Below, one piece after another: positions 1-11,990 of a DNA stretch of 64,000 nucleotides. The first letter of the stretch is position 1. Each line of letters opens with the position of its first letter. Position numbers and translations under genes: made by a program. The notes under the pieces were generated by a model. It worked only from the letters and a program-made list of their open reading frames with translations. It was not told where the DNA came from and searched no databases. This DNA is from an uncultured Gammaproteobacteria bacterium (GTDB taxonomy: Bacteria; Pseudomonadota; Gammaproteobacteria; DRLM01), in assembly GCA_963729605.1 (NCBI GenBank), contig CAVSNY010000007.1:1216001-1280000 (forward strand). Reading direction: 5' to 3'.

Positions 1-78
1 GCGAGGTACGCGAGGGGATCCTGGTGATAGGGAACCAGGATCGGGACGGTCCCGTCGGGGGAGGGCCGGGCGGGTTCC

Positions 79-402
79 TCAGCGCTCAAGATAGTCGATT
101 TTGCCCTTCACGCCTTTCCACTCGTCGGCGTCGTCCGGGGCGTCTTTTTTCTCGGTGATCACCGGCCACTCTTTGGCGAGTTCGGCATTGAGGGCGATGT
201 AATCGAGCTGGTCCGCAGGCACGTCGTCCTCGGCGAAGATCGCCTCCGCCGGGCATTCCGGCTCGCAGAGGGTGCAGTCGATGCACTCGTCGGGATCGAT
301 CACCAGGAAATTGGGGCCTTCGTGGAAGCAGTCCACCGGGCACACTTCCACGCAATCGGTGTATTTACATTTAACGCAGTTATCGACAACGACAAAAGTC
401 AT
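79..402 (-). CDS. fdxA: 7Fe ferredoxin (FdxA type)
   Basis: 107 aa; [17 protein letters not shown] and [12 protein letters not shown] motifs with C-terminal [11 protein letters not shown]; next to mutS as is common. Confidence 0.95.
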   Translation of the reverse strand: MTFVVVDNCVKCKYTDCVEVCPVDCFHEGPNFLVIDPDECIDCTLCEPECPAEAIFAEDDVPADQLDYIALNAELAKEWPVITEKKDAPDDADEWKGVKGKIDYLER

Positions 403-995
403 CGGAATCTCCAGATACCAAAATGATGCGCGCCTGTCCGCTCAAGTCGCGGGCAGTATGTTAATCGGTCTTGGCCCCGGTGGCGAGCCCGCGGAGGAAT
501 ATTTTGACCGGCGCGGGCCGCGGCGCAATCGGCGATAGGGCGCGGTCGCCCTAAATGCTTGGATTGTTGCGTCTTCCCATTCGCCGGGCCCTCCATGGAA
601 GGGCAACGATAGAGTGACGGGACCGGTGCCGGCGTTCGGCGCGGCCTCGTCAGCGTGGGAGGCGGGCGCAACTCCCTCTTTGATTGGGGTGCGGAAAGGG
701 ATGGAGGCCGTGATCGGTCCCACTTCCCCGGCCGCGCTCCCGCCAAGGAAGGGGAGGCCGCGCTGAAGATGGTCGGGCATTCGTTCGGTGCCGCGCGTTT
801 GACCGGGACGCGCGTTTTCATCGGGGAGTGCATGGGGATGATGCCGGCCGGCGCCTCTTTTCCGCCTCCGGGGAAAGCGGTGATCGACCCACGGTATCGC
901 CGCGAGTATTGCCAGTCACATCGCCTCCCCTTCCTCTCGAGGGGAACGCTGATTGACTCCTCCTCTCTTGCGGGGGAGAGAAGAGCGCGGATCGT

Positions 996-3566
996 TTATT
1001 TCCGCTGCGATAACGCCTTCAGCGCGTATAAAGTCTCCAGCGCCGCGCGTGGCGACAATTCGTCGGGTTGCAGCGCACGCAGCGCCTCCAGCGCGGGGTG
1101 GTCGTCGGTCGGCGCGAACAGCGCCATCTGCTGCGTGGGCGGCCGGTCGCGGCCGCGCGCCGCGTCTTGTTCGAGCTGCGCGAGCCGCCGCCGCGCCGCC
1201 GCGATCACGGCGGCCGGCACGCCCGCCAGCGCGGCGACGTGCAGGCCGTAGCTCTGATTGGCCGGGCCGTCCTTCACCGCGTGCATGAAGACGATGCGCT
1301 CGCCGTGCTCGATTGCGTCGAGATGGGCGTTGGCAACAAAGTCGAGTTGTTCGGGCAGGACGGTGAGTTCGAAATAATGGGTGGCGAACAAGGTGAAGGC
1401 GCGCACCTCGCGCGCGAGCTGTTCGGCGCAGGCCCAGGCCAGCGACAGGCCGTCGAAGGTGCTGGTGCCGCGGCCGATCTCGTCCATGATCACCAGGCTC
1501 TCGGGCGTCGCGTTGTGCAGGATGTTGGCGGTCTCGGTCATTTCGACCATGAAGGTCGAGCGGCCCGAGGCGAGGTCGTCGGCGGCGCCGATGCGCGTGA
1601 AGATGCGGTCGACGGGGCCGATCACCGCGCGCGCGGCCGGCACGTAGCAGCCGATGTGCGCGAGCAGCACGATCAGCGCGGTCTGGCGCATGAAGGTGGA
1701 TTTGCCGCCCATGTTGGGGCCGGTGATGATCAGCATGCGGCGCGCTTCATCGAGCACGCAATCGTTGGGCACGAAGGGCGTGTCGAGCGTCTGCTCGACG
1801 ACCGGGTGGCGACCGGCGCGGATCTCGATACCGCGCGCGTCGCTGAGTTCGGGCGCGTTGAGATCGAGCCGCAGCGCGCGTTCGGCGAAGTTGGCGAGCA
1901 CGTCGATCTCGGCGAGCGCCGCGGCGCTGGTTTGCAGCGCGGGCAGCGACGGTAATAGTTGTTCGAGCAATTCGTCGTAAAGTAATTTCTCGCGCGCCAG
2001 TGCGCGGTCGCGCGCGCTCAGCACTTTATCCTCGAACGACTTCAGCTCGGGCGTGATGTAGCGCTCCGCGCCTTTCAAGGTCTGGCGGCGGATGTAGTCG
2101 GCCGGCGCCTTTTCGGCCTGGCCGCGCGTGAGCTCGATGTAGAAGCCGTGGACGCGGTTGTAGTCGACCTTGAGATTGGCGATGCCGGTGCGGGCGCGTT
2201 CGCGGATTTCTAGATCAACCAGGAATTGCCCGGCGTTTTCGCTCAACTGGCGCAACTCGTCGAGTTCGGCGTCGTAGCCGGCGGCGATGACGCCGCCGTC
2301 GCGGATCACCATCGGCGGGTTGTCGATGATCGCGCGTTTCAGCAAGGCGTGCAGCGCGGGGAATTCGCCGATCTGGACGGCGAGTTCGGTGAGGCGCGGC
2401 GCGTCCACCCGGCCGAGGCGCGCGTGCAAATCCGGCAACACCGCGAGCGCGTCGGCGAGGCGCGTGAGATCACGCGGCCGCGCGCTCTTCAGCGCGACGC
2501 GGGCGAGGATGCGTTCGACGTCGCCGATGCGGCGCAGCAGCGCGGCGACTTCTTCGGCGTCCTGATTTTCGGCGAGTACGCCGATGCAGTGATAACGCTG
2601 GCGCAGCACCTCGCGGTCGCGCAGCGGCCGATTGAGCCAGCGCCGCAGCAAACGGCTGCCCATCGCGGTCGCGCAGCGGTCGATGCAGGCGAGCAGCGTG
2701 TTGTCGTTGCCGCCCGCGAGATTGGTTTCGAGCTCGAGATTGCGGCGCGTCGCGGCGTCGAGCAGCAGCGCCTCGTCGCGCCGTTCGACGGAGAGCCCGC
2801 CGATATGCGGCAGCGCGGCGCGCTGGGTGTCGCGCGCGTATTGCAGCAGACAACCGGCGGCGGCGATCGCGGCATCGAGTCCGTCGCAGCCGTAACCGCT
2901 CAAATCGCGCGTGCCGAATTGGCCGGTGAGCAGGCGCGTCGCGGCGTCGCGCTCGAAATACCACGGCGGTTGGCGGCGCAGGCCCCGGTGTTCGGCGAGC
3001 AGCTCGCCGAACGGGAAGGATTCGCTCACCAGCAGCTCGGCGGGCTTGAGGCGCGCGAGTTCGTCGGACACCGCCGTGGCGTGATCGAGCTCCATCACCG
3101 TGAAACGGCCGCTGCTGAGGTCGAGCCACGCCAAGCCGAATCGTTGGTCGTGGTGATGCAGCGCGGCGAGCAGATGGTCGCGGCGCTCGTCGAGCAGGGA
3201 TTCCTCGGTGAGCGTGCCGGGCGTGATGATGCGCACCACCTGCCGTTCGACCGGACCTTTGGATTTCGCCGGGTCGCCGATCTGTTCGCAAAGCGCCACC
3301 GACTCGCCGGCCTTCACCAACTTGGCGAGATAAGCTTCCACGGCGTGAAACGGCACGCCGGCCATCGGGATCGGTTCGCCCGCCGATTGCCCGCGCGCGG
3401 TGAGCGTGATGTCGAGCAGGGCGGCGGCGCGGCGGGCGTCGTCGAAGAATAATTCGTAGAAATCCCCCATGCGGTAGAACAGCAGCAACTGCGGGTTCTC
3501 CGCTTTGATGCGGAGATATTGTTGCATCATCGGGGTGTGTTGGTGAGCGGCGATTTCACTCGACAT
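996..3566 (-). CDS. mutS: DNA mismatch repair protein MutS
   Basis: [15 protein letters not shown], Walker [19 protein letters not shown]; start placed at MSSEIAAH (3566) within the longer ORF. Confidence 0.98.
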   Translation of the reverse strand: MSSEIAAHQHTPMMQQYLRIKAENPQLLLFYRMGDFYELFFDDARRAAALLDITLTARGQSAGEPIPMAGVPFHAVEAYLAKLVKAGESVALCEQIGDPAKSKGPVERQVVRIITPGTLTEESLLDERRDHLLAALHHHDQRFGLAWLDLSSGRFTVMELDHATAVSDELARLKPAELLVSESFPFGELLAEHRGLRRQPPWYFERDAATRLLTGQFGTRDLSGYGCDGLDAAIAAAGCLLQYARDTQRAALPHIGGLSVERRDEALLLDAATRRNLELETNLAGGNDNTLLACIDRCATAMGSRLLRRWLNRPLRDREVLRQRYHCIGVLAENQDAEEVAALLRRIGDVERILARVALKSARPRDLTRLADALAVLPDLHARLGRVDAPRLTELAVQIGEFPALHALLKRAIIDNPPMVIRDGGVIAAGYDAELDELRQLSENAGQFLVDLEIRERARTGIANLKVDYNRVHGFYIELTRGQAEKAPADYIRRQTLKGAERYITPELKSFEDKVLSARDRALAREKLLYDELLEQLLPSLPALQTSAAALAEIDVLANFAERALRLDLNAPELSDARGIEIRAGRHPVVEQTLDTPFVPNDCVLDEARRMLIITGPNMGGKSTFMRQTALIVLLAHIGCYVPAARAVIGPVDRIFTRIGAADDLASGRSTFMVEMTETANILHNATPESLVIMDEIGRGTSTFDGLSLAWACAEQLAREVRAFTLFATHYFELTVLPEQLDFVANAHLDAIEHGERIVFMHAVKDGPANQSYGLHVAALAGVPAAVIAAARRRLAQLEQDAARGRDRPPTQQMALFAPTDDHPALEALRALQPDELSPRAALETLYALKALSQRK

Positions 3567-3706
3567 CGCGCCGGCCCGGGCTTGTTCTGGTTTGGTTTCT
3601 GGTTGCAATTTATTTTTACCTGTCGACCGCGGTTTTACTGTGGGTTGGGAAACCGGCACAGGCAATCGCAATAAAATTTAAAATGCCGGTTGTGACGCGG
3701 CGGTGC

Positions 3707-4036
3707 TTATTCAACCAGCTCGGCTGGGGTGGGCATGATTGCCGCCGGGCCGGCTTTGCATTTTATGACCATGCTTCTATTCATGGTCGCGCTGCCGAAC
3801 AATCCCGTTTGATCGCCGGGCGCGGATCCGGGATCGCCGGTCTTGCTCAGGACATCGTAGCCGCTTGTGCCGCAAAAACTGTCGGCCTTGGCGAAGCAGG
3901 TTCCCCAGGTCAGGCCCGTGCCCGAGCAGTCGATGGTTTTACCCGCCGTTTGTTCATCCAGGTTGAATGTTTCCCGGAGGGTGGTGCATCCCGCAAGCGT
4001 GGAAGTGAGGGCGATAAACATTAGGAGCCTATTCAT
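3707..4036 (-). CDS. small Cys-containing lipoprotein, unknown function
   Basis: Signal peptide with lipobox LAGC; IDCSG..WGTCFAKADSFCG..GY pattern; GGAG RBS upstream. Confidence 0.7.
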   Translation of the reverse strand: MNRLLMFIALTSTLAGCTTLRETFNLDEQTAGKTIDCSGTGLTWGTCFAKADSFCGTSGYDVLSKTGDPGSAPGDQTGLFGSATMNRSMVIKCKAGPAAIMPTPAELVE

Positions 4037-4300
4037 CTTTTCACTCTCCGCCTCGCGCCGTTGATGGATGGCGTCAAGATATTACTTAATTCCCGCCCGG
4101 GAAAGAAGGCCAGCCCTTTCTTGATCGCGCCGGATCGAGTTCGGCCCTAGCCGCGGACGCCGCGACGGTAGCATAATGCGCCGCGGGGCCGCGCCTCAGG
4201 CCGCCGGGTCGCGACGGGTTCCCAACGATCCGAGACGGAAGGCGCCGCGCTGGCATAATATGACCGCCGCCCGCCGGCGGTTTATAACCGGAGAGATGAA

Positions 4301-4552
4301 ATGGGCTTCAGTATTGGGCATTTGTTAGTTGTATTGTTGGTCGTGTTGCTGGTGTTCGGCACCAAGAAACTCCGCTCCATCGGCGGCGATTTGGGCGGCG
4401 CGATAAAAGGTTTTCGTGATGCCATGAACGATGGCAAAGAGGCCGAGACCGTCGCGATGAAAAGTCCTGAGCGTATCGAACATCAATCCGCCCGCCACAC
4501 GGTGGATGCGGTCACCGCCAAAGAGCAAGGTATCAATAAAGGCGGAGTTTGA
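4301..4552 (+). CDS. tatA: twin-arginine translocase TatA/TatE subunit
   Basis: N-terminal TM helix followed by [21 protein letters not shown]. Confidence 0.93.
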   Translation: MGFSIGHLLVVLLVVLLVFGTKKLRSIGGDLGGAIKGFRDAMNDGKEAETVAMKSPERIEHQSARHTVDAVTAKEQGINKGGV

Positions 4553-4683
4553 TCTTTCTGTCGCGTCCGAGCGCGGCGCCGCTGTTCCGTGATTGGGCGA
4601 GCCGGTAATTCCGCTTCATCGTCTGAGGCGGAGGTATCCCGATATTCCGCGTCGGGTGGTGTGATCGGCGGCGTAATCGCGCT

Positions 4684-5508
4684 TCAAGTCTCAATCGGCG
4701 TGTCGGGGCTGTTGCCCCAGTCCGACCAGGAACCGGGATAACCCTTCACCCGCGGATAGCCCAAATACTTCAACACAAAATAAACCAAGGCCGAGCGGTG
4801 ATGGCTTTGGCAATAGGTGATGATTTGTTTGTCCGGAATGACGCCGGCGGCCTCGAAGAGCTGGCGCAGTTCATCTTCCGATTTGAGACGCATATTGCGG
4901 CGGTGGTCGAGGACGCGAGTCCATTCGATATTCACCGCGCCGGGGATGTGGCCGCCGCGGCGGGTGCGCAGGTCTTGGCCTTGATATTCGGCGGGACTGC
5001 GCGCATCGACGATGGCCACATCGGCCCGGCCGAGATGGCTGCGTACATAGTCTTGATCGGCGAGGGCCTGATCGTGCGGCTGTACGGTGTAATCGCCGGG
5101 GATGATCATCCGCGCTTGATTGGTAATGGGATGATCGCTGTTGAGCCAGGCCTGCAATCCGCCGTTGAGCAGTGAACCGGACGGATGGCCGGTGACTTCC
5201 AAGGTCCACAGAAAACGCGCGGCCTTGCCGCCGCCTTCTTCATCGTAGGCCACTACCCGGGTGTCGGGGCGGATGCCGAGGGCGGTGAACATGGCGGCCA
5301 GTTCGGCCGGCTCGGGCACCAAACCCACCACCGGCGGCCGGTTCTTGATGATGTGGCCGTAATCGAGATGCACGGCGCCGGGCACGTGATATTGCTGATG
5401 CACTTGGGCGTTGGACAAATCCACGATCAAGACCTGGTCGCTGCCGAGGTGCTGGCGCAAGTCGGCGGGTTCCACCAAGAGGGGCAGATGGGTATCGGAC
5501 ATGCTCAC
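4684..5508 (-). CDS. two-domain sulfurtransferase (rhodanese, RhdA/SseA-like)
   Basis: HVPGAV, DARSPAEY, GHIPGAVN, active-site YCQSHHRS, YPGSWSDW. Confidence 0.92.
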   Translation of the reverse strand: MSMSDTHLPLLVEPADLRQHLGSDQVLIVDLSNAQVHQQYHVPGAVHLDYGHIIKNRPPVVGLVPEPAELAAMFTALGIRPDTRVVAYDEEGGGKAARFLWTLEVTGHPSGSLLNGGLQAWLNSDHPITNQARMIIPGDYTVQPHDQALADQDYVRSHLGRADVAIVDARSPAEYQGQDLRTRRGGHIPGAVNIEWTRVLDHRRNMRLKSEDELRQLFEAAGVIPDKQIITYCQSHHRSALVYFVLKYLGYPRVKGYPGSWSDWGNSPDTPIET

Positions 5509-6404
5509 TCCTTGCGGGGTCGCCGGGCGGCCCGGGGCCGTGCGCGCTGGGTTTGTTTGTCGAGGCTCATTGTAACGGACTTGAGCGGTGAGGGCGCCAT
5601 TTCCAGCTCCGCCTGCAGGGCCGGGCTGACGTAGGGCGCGAAGGCCTGCAACAGGGCGGCGTAGACCTTGGCGTTGCCGGTCACCAGGTTGCCGGTTTCA
5701 TAATATTGATCGCCGCCGCGGAAATCGCCGAGCATGCCGCCCGCCTCTTTGATGAGCAGGATGCCGGCGGCCATGTCCCAAGGTTGCAGGCCGATCTCCC
5801 AGAAACCGTCCAAACGGCCGGCCGCCACATAGGCCAGGTCGAGGGCCGCCGAACCGGCGCGGCGGATGCCGGCCGCTTGCGGCAACACGGCCTTGAACAT
5901 GCCGAGGTAGGCGTCGACGTGGGTCTGATCCTTGAACGGAAAGCCGGTGCCCAGCAGGCTGCCTTCGAGTCCGCGCGCCTTGCTGATGCGGATGCGGCGC
6001 CCTTCCAACTGCGCGCCGCCGCCGCGGATGGCGGTGAACAGTTCGGGGCGGACCGGGTCGTAGACCACCGCCACTTCGAAACGGCCCTTGTGGCGCAGGC
6101 CGATGGACACCGCGTATTGCGGAAAACCGTGGAGAAAATTGGTGGTGCCGTCGAGCGGATCGATGACCCAGGTATATTCGCTGTCGCCTTGTTCACCGCT
6201 TTCTTCCGCGAGGACGGCATGGTGCGGATAGGCCTTGCGGATGGTGTGAATGATCTCCTGCTCGGCGCGGTGATCGACCTCGCTGACGAAGTCGTTGTAG
6301 CTCTTGGTGTCCACTTGCAGGCTGTCGATGCGATCCATGGACCGGACGATGATGTTGCCGGCCTTGCGGGCGGCGGAGACGGCGATATTCAATAAGGGTT
6401 GCAT
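5505..6404 (-). CDS. suhB: inositol monophosphatase / Nus factor SuhB
   Basis: WVIDPLDGTTNF, GSAALDLAYVAAGRLDGFWE, WDMAAG; divergent from trmJ. Confidence 0.96.
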   Translation of the reverse strand: MQPLLNIAVSAARKAGNIIVRSMDRIDSLQVDTKSYNDFVSEVDHRAEQEIIHTIRKAYPHHAVLAEESGEQGDSEYTWVIDPLDGTTNFLHGFPQYAVSIGLRHKGRFEVAVVYDPVRPELFTAIRGGGAQLEGRRIRISKARGLEGSLLGTGFPFKDQTHVDAYLGMFKAVLPQAAGIRRAGSAALDLAYVAAGRLDGFWEIGLQPWDMAAGILLIKEAGGMLGDFRGGDQYYETGNLVTGNAKVYAALLQAFAPYVSPALQAELEMAPSPLKSVTMSLDKQTQRARPRAARRPRKE

Positions 6405-6507
6405 GGCACAGCCTGGGTGTTAGAAATGAACGGGTGCGCAAAAACGCGTAGGATAGCAAACAACCCGCTCAGGCGGCAGGACAAATTGCGGCGGAAGTAT
6501 TGACTCG

Positions 6508-7284
6508 ATGTTGGAAAATATTCGTATCGTATTGGTGGGCACCACTCATCCGGGCAACATCGGCGGCGCGGCGCGGGCCATGAAAAACATGGGACTGAGT
6601 CGTCTGCTGCTGGTCGAACCCCTGCATTTTCCCAGCGCCGAGGCCACGGCGCGGGCCTCGGGCGCCGACGATATTCTGGCCGGCGCCGAATTACATACCA
6701 CCCTCGATGCCGCGCTGGCGGGGTGCGGCGTGGTGTTCGGCGCCACCGCCCGCGACCGCAGCATCCCCTGGCCGGCGGTGGATCCGCGCGAGGCCGCCGC
6801 CCGCGCCCTCACCGCGGCGGCCAAGGCGCCGGTGGCGGTGGTGTTCGGCCGCGAACATTCGGGCCTGAGCAACGAGGAGCTGGACCGCTGCAATTATCTG
6901 CTGCACATCCCCACCAACCCCGATTATTCATCCCTCAATCTGGCGGCGGCGGTGCAGGTGGTGGTCTATGAATTGCGCATGGCCGGCCGCCACGGCCCGG
7001 TGATGGCGCCGGACGCCACGCCGTTGGCCTCGGCCGAGGAACGCGAGCGGTTTTACACCCATCTTGAACAGGTGCTGACCGAACTGGAGTTTCTCGATCC
7101 GGTCAATCCCAAACACCTGATGCGGCGTCTGCGCCGCTTGTATAACCGGGCGGAGCCGGATCAGACCGAGATCAATATCCTCCGCGGCATACTCACCACC
7201 GTGCAGCGCCGGGTGTCGGCCGCGGGGACGGGCCGTCCGCCGCTGGCGAATTCCGTTAGAATGCGGGGCGGCGACGGGGAATGA
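6508..7284 (+). CDS. trmJ: tRNA (C32/U32-2'-O)-methyltransferase TrmJ
   Basis: HPGNIGGAARAMKNMG, VFGREHSGLSNEEL, YSSLNLAAAV. Confidence 0.95.
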   Translation: MLENIRIVLVGTTHPGNIGGAARAMKNMGLSRLLLVEPLHFPSAEATARASGADDILAGAELHTTLDAALAGCGVVFGATARDRSIPWPAVDPREAAARALTAAAKAPVAVVFGREHSGLSNEELDRCNYLLHIPTNPDYSSLNLAAAVQVVVYELRMAGRHGPVMAPDATPLASAEERERFYTHLEQVLTELEFLDPVNPKHLMRRLRRLYNRAEPDQTEINILRGILTTVQRRVSAAGTGRPPLANSVRMRGGDGE

Positions 7285-7343
7285 AGCGCGCCGCTCCGGT
7301 TTTCCATCACTCCATGATTAAGCACCACCCAGTGGGATAGTAT

Positions 7344-8159
7344 ATGTTTCAACGTCTGCGTGAAGATATTGGTATCGTGTTCGACCGCGACCCGGCGGCC
7401 CGCACCTCGTTCGAGGTGCTGACCACTTATCCGGGTCTGCACGCCGTATTGATGTATCGACTGGCACATCGCCTCTGGAATATCGGCTTGAAATGGCCGG
7501 CGCGTTTCGTGTCGATGCTGGCCCGCTGGCTGACCGGCATCGAAATCCATCCCGCCGCCAAGATCGGCCGGCGTTTTTTCATCGACCACGGCATGGGCGT
7601 GGTGATCGGCGAGACCGCCGAGATCGGCGACGATTGCACGCTGTATCACGGCGTCACCTTGGGCGGCACGACCTGGAAGAAGGGCAAGCGCCATCCCACC
7701 CTGGGCAATGACGTGGTGGTGGGCGCGGGCGCCAAGGTGCTGGGGCCCATCCATCTCAGTGACGGCGCGCGGGTCGGTTCCAACGCGGTGGTGGTGAAAG
7801 ACGTGCCGGCCGGCGCCACCGTGGTCGGCATACCCGGCCGGGTGGTGCAGCGCGAGCCCGCCGAACTGGATCAGGCCGGCCAGCGGCGGCGCGCCTTCGC
7901 CAAGAAGATCGGCTTCGACGCCTACGGCACCACCCAGGACATGCCGGACCCGGTGGCCAATGCCCTGGACCGGGTTCTCGACCATGTCCACGCCATGGAT
8001 ATCAAGTTGGAACTCATGTGCGAGAGCATGAAAAAGGCCGGTTTGGAGTTCAAGGATCTGCCGTTGCCCGATCTGGGCCCTTGTGAAATCCGCGGGCCGC
8101 GGGCGGCGGAGGCCTCCGGCGAGGACCTTTCTCCGCAAGGTTCATCAGAAAAAAGTTGA
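7344..8159 (+). CDS. cysE: serine O-acetyltransferase
   Basis: [37 protein letters not shown] hexapeptide region. Confidence 0.96.
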   Translation: MFQRLREDIGIVFDRDPAARTSFEVLTTYPGLHAVLMYRLAHRLWNIGLKWPARFVSMLARWLTGIEIHPAAKIGRRFFIDHGMGVVIGETAEIGDDCTLYHGVTLGGTTWKKGKRHPTLGNDVVVGAGAKVLGPIHLSDGARVGSNAVVVKDVPAGATVVGIPGRVVQREPAELDQAGQRRRAFAKKIGFDAYGTTQDMPDPVANALDRVLDHVHAMDIKLELMCESMKKAGLEFKDLPLPDLGPCEIRGPRAAEASGEDLSPQGSSEKS

Positions 8160-8192
8160 CGGTCTCTCTCAAGTGCGATAAATCTGCATACT
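8152..8192 (+). promoter_or_regulatory. putative sigma70 promoter / IscR autoregulatory site upstream of iscR
   Basis: AAAGTTGACGGTCTCTCTCAAG contains a TTGAC -35-like hexamer and loosely resembles IscR type-1 sites. Confidence 0.35.
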
Positions 8193-8219
8193 CAATATGG
8201 GAATACTTAGAGGTACACC

Positions 8220-8684
8220 ATGAGGCTCACGACGAAAGGGCGTTACGCCGTGACCGCGATGTTGGATTTGGCGGTGCATGCCAACGACAAACCGGTGCCA
8301 TTGGCGGATATTTCGCAGCGGCAGGGGATTTCGCTTTCTTACTTGGAGCAGCTTTTCGCCCGCTTGAGGCGGCAGGGCTTGGTGTTGAGCGCGCGTGGAC
8401 CCGGCGGCGGTTATCGCCTCAGCCGGCCGGCGAAGGAGATCGCCGTGGTGGACGTATTGAGCGCCATCGATGAAAAGATCGATACCACCCGTTGCGAAGG
8501 ACGGGGCGACTGTCAAAACGGCCAGGTCTGCCTGACCCACGATTTATGGTTCGATCTCAGCAATCAGATCCACGACTTTTTAAGTCGGATCAGCCTGGGC
8601 GAATTGGTGGAACGGCGCACGGTGAAAGAAGTGGTCGCCCGTCAAGATGCCCGTCTCATCGAACGGCCGGTCAGTCTGGTCTAA
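8220..8684 (+). CDS. iscR: Fe-S cluster assembly transcription factor IscR
   Basis: [35 protein letters not shown]; cluster ligands in [16 protein letters not shown]. Confidence 0.96.
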   Translation: MRLTTKGRYAVTAMLDLAVHANDKPVPLADISQRQGISLSYLEQLFARLRRQGLVLSARGPGGGYRLSRPAKEIAVVDVLSAIDEKIDTTRCEGRGDCQNGQVCLTHDLWFDLSNQIHDFLSRISLGELVERRTVKEVVARQDARLIERPVSLV

Positions 8685-8696
8685 GCTTTTCTTCGG

Positions 8697-8721
8697 ACAG
8701 GCGGCAGCGATTGCCGCCTGT
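8697..8721 (+). terminator. GC-rich hairpin between iscR and the cysteine desulfurase (terminator or stability element)
   Basis: ACAGGCGGCA-GCGAT-TGCCGCCTGT, perfect 10-bp stem followed by a short T run. Confidence 0.6.
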
Positions 8722-8729
8722 TTCTCCTG

Positions 8730-9878
8730 ATGTCTATTTATCTCGATCATAACGCCACCACCGCCGTCGACGAGCGGGTGCTGGAGGCCATGCGGCCTTA
8801 TTGGCGCCAGCACTACGGCAATCCTTCCAGCCTGCACCGGCCCGGCCGGCTGGCGCGCGCCGCGCTGGACCAGGCCCGCCAGCAGGTGGCGGCGCTGGTC
8901 AACGCCCATCCCTCGCAAGTGATCTTCACCGGCGGGGGCACCGAGGCCAACAACCTCGCCCTGAGCGGCGTGGCCGGCAATACGCCGCGCGGCCGTTTGG
9001 CGGTGAGCGCCGTCGAACACTCTTCGTTACTCGGACCGGCGCGGGCCTGGGCGGAACAAGGCTGGGGTCTGGACCTGATCCCGGTCGATGGCCTGGGGCG
9101 GGTCGCGCCGGACGCGCTGAAGGCGGTGTTGCGGCCGGATACGCGGCTGGTCTCCATCATGTGGGCCAATAATGAAACCGGCGTAGTGCAGGACATCACC
9201 GCCCTCAGCGGAATAGCGCGCGCGGCCGGGGCGGTGATGCACTGCGACGCGGTGCAGGCGGCGGGCAAACTGGCGGTGGATTTCGCCGCGAGCGGGGTTC
9301 AGTTGATGAGCCTGTCCGCGCACAAAATTTACGGACCCAAGGGCGTGGGTGCCTTGATCGTCGATAAGGCCTTGGACCTACGCCCCCTGTTGCTGGGCGG
9401 GGGCCACGAGCGGGGCTTGCGTGCCGGTACGGAAAATGTGGCGGGCATAGTCGGTTTCGGCGCCGCCGCCGAATTGGCCGCCGGGGAATGGATGGATCGC
9501 CGCCGACATCTATTAAAATTGCGCGACGATTTCGAGGCGCGTTTACAGGCGGAATTGCCCGAATTGGTGGTGGCGGCCCGCGAGGCCGAGCGCCTGCCCA
9601 ATACGGTGATGCTGGCGGTGCCGGGTATCGACGGCCCGAGCGTATTGATGAATCTGGATCAGGCCGGCATCGCGGTCTCCAGCGGCTCCGCCTGCCGGGC
9701 GGGCAGCACCGAACCCAGCCACGTATTGGTGGCCATGGGTTTTCCCCCGCACCTGGCCCGCAATGTGATCCGGGTGAGCTTCGGCATGGACAACACCCCC
9801 GCCGACGTGGACGCCCTCATCGCGGCGCTGCGCGCGCAATACGCCATGGTACGCAACGGCACCCTCACCGCGTGGTAA
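8730..9878 (+). CDS. iscS: cysteine desulfurase (IscS/NifS type)
   Basis: YLDHNATT, NNETG, HCDAVQA, SAHKIYGPKG (PLP lysine), SSGSAC catalytic Cys. Confidence 0.9.
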   Translation: MSIYLDHNATTAVDERVLEAMRPYWRQHYGNPSSLHRPGRLARAALDQARQQVAALVNAHPSQVIFTGGGTEANNLALSGVAGNTPRGRLAVSAVEHSSLLGPARAWAEQGWGLDLIPVDGLGRVAPDALKAVLRPDTRLVSIMWANNETGVVQDITALSGIARAAGAVMHCDAVQAAGKLAVDFAASGVQLMSLSAHKIYGPKGVGALIVDKALDLRPLLLGGGHERGLRAGTENVAGIVGFGAAAELAAGEWMDRRRHLLKLRDDFEARLQAELPELVVAAREAERLPNTVMLAVPGIDGPSVLMNLDQAGIAVSSGSACRAGSTEPSHVLVAMGFPPHLARNVIRVSFGMDNTPADVDALIAALRAQYAMVRNGTLTAW

Positions 9879-9987
9879 AGTAAGGCCTTGAGTTAAAGGG
9901 CGCGCGGACCCGGATTGATCCGGAACTCTCGCCGGGCCGTTAACGTCATAGAACAGCAGCGATTTTTATCAATACGAGGTAGTACCC

Positions 9988-10311
9988 ATGGCGATAGCGA
10001 TGAGCAAGGCCGCCGCTGAGCATGTTAAAGCGACCCTGATTCGCCGCGGTAAAGGCGAGGGCTTGCGGGTCGGCGTGAAGAAATCCGGGTGCTCCGGCTA
10101 CGCCTACGTGCTGGATTATGCCGATACCATCGACCCCAGCGACGTCGTCTATGAGCAAGAAGGTGTCAAATTGATCGTGGCGGCCGACAGCGTGCCCTTT
10201 TTGGAAGGCACCGAGGTGGATTACGTCCGCGAAGGACTCAATTCCTTTTTCAAATTCCACAATCCCAACGTCAAAGACAGTTGCGGTTGTGGCGAGAGCT
10301 TTACCGTATAA
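9988..10311 (+). CDS. iscA: A-type Fe-S carrier IscA
   Basis: SGCSGYAY and CGCGESF motifs. Confidence 0.92.
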   Translation: MAIAMSKAAAEHVKATLIRRGKGEGLRVGVKKSGCSGYAYVLDYADTIDPSDVVYEQEGVKLIVAADSVPFLEGTEVDYVREGLNSFFKFHNPNVKDSCGCGESFTV

Positions 10312-10444
10312 GCGCGATTTCCCGCGTTTTGCATTGCAGATGCAACGGTAAGACGTTAAACTAGCGCACCTTTTTTACTTCGTGGGCCTCGCCTTGCCGC
10401 GCGGCCCGTCCTTCCTTAATCCTTATTTTCGTGGAGTTTATGGC

Positions 10445-10876
10445 ATGGCCAGCGAGCGTACCTTGTCGATCATCAAACCTGATGGCGTTGCAAAAAACAT
10501 CATCGGTGAAATCTATCGTCGTTTTGAAAACGCCGGCCTCAGCGTCATCGCAGCGCGGATGATCCACTTGAGCACCGAACAGGCCCAGGCATTTTATGCC
10601 GTGCATAAAGAGCGGCCGTTTTACAACGACCTGGTCAAATTCATGACCTCCGGTCCAGTGATGGTGCAAGTGCTGGAAGGCGACAACGCCGTGATGTTGA
10701 ATCGCGAATTGATGGGCGCCACCAACCCGAAGAACGCCGCGCCCGGCACCATCCGCGCCGACTTCGCCGACAGCGTCGAAGAGAACGTGGTGCATGGTTC
10801 CGACGCCGCCGACACCGCGAAGCAAGAGATCGAGTTCTTCTTCAAGCCGGGCGAACTCTGCGCCCGCACGCGGTAA
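10445..10876 (+). CDS. ndk: nucleoside diphosphate kinase
   Basis: [25 protein letters not shown]; start set at MASERT. Confidence 0.97.
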   Translation: MASERTLSIIKPDGVAKNIIGEIYRRFENAGLSVIAARMIHLSTEQAQAFYAVHKERPFYNDLVKFMTSGPVMVQVLEGDNAVMLNRELMGATNPKNAAPGTIRADFADSVEENVVHGSDAADTAKQEIEFFFKPGELCARTR

Positions 10877-10883
10877 CGACACT

Positions 10884-11986
<1,103 letters not shown>

Positions 11987-11990
<4 letters not shown>

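Noticed and set aside
403-995. Overlapping ORFs (399-833, 442-780, 655-1251) in the fdxA-mutS gap
   Set aside because: Pro/Arg-rich, mutually overlapping and without motifs; cannot support a gene or ncRNA call
1068-3452. Long antisense ORFs over mutS (and similar ones over hisS, bamB, der, guaB and baeRF3)
   Set aside because: Shadow ORFs expected from high-GC codon bias
4140-4295. GC-rich, potentially structured leader before tatA
   Set aside because: No recognisable riboswitch or sRNA consensus
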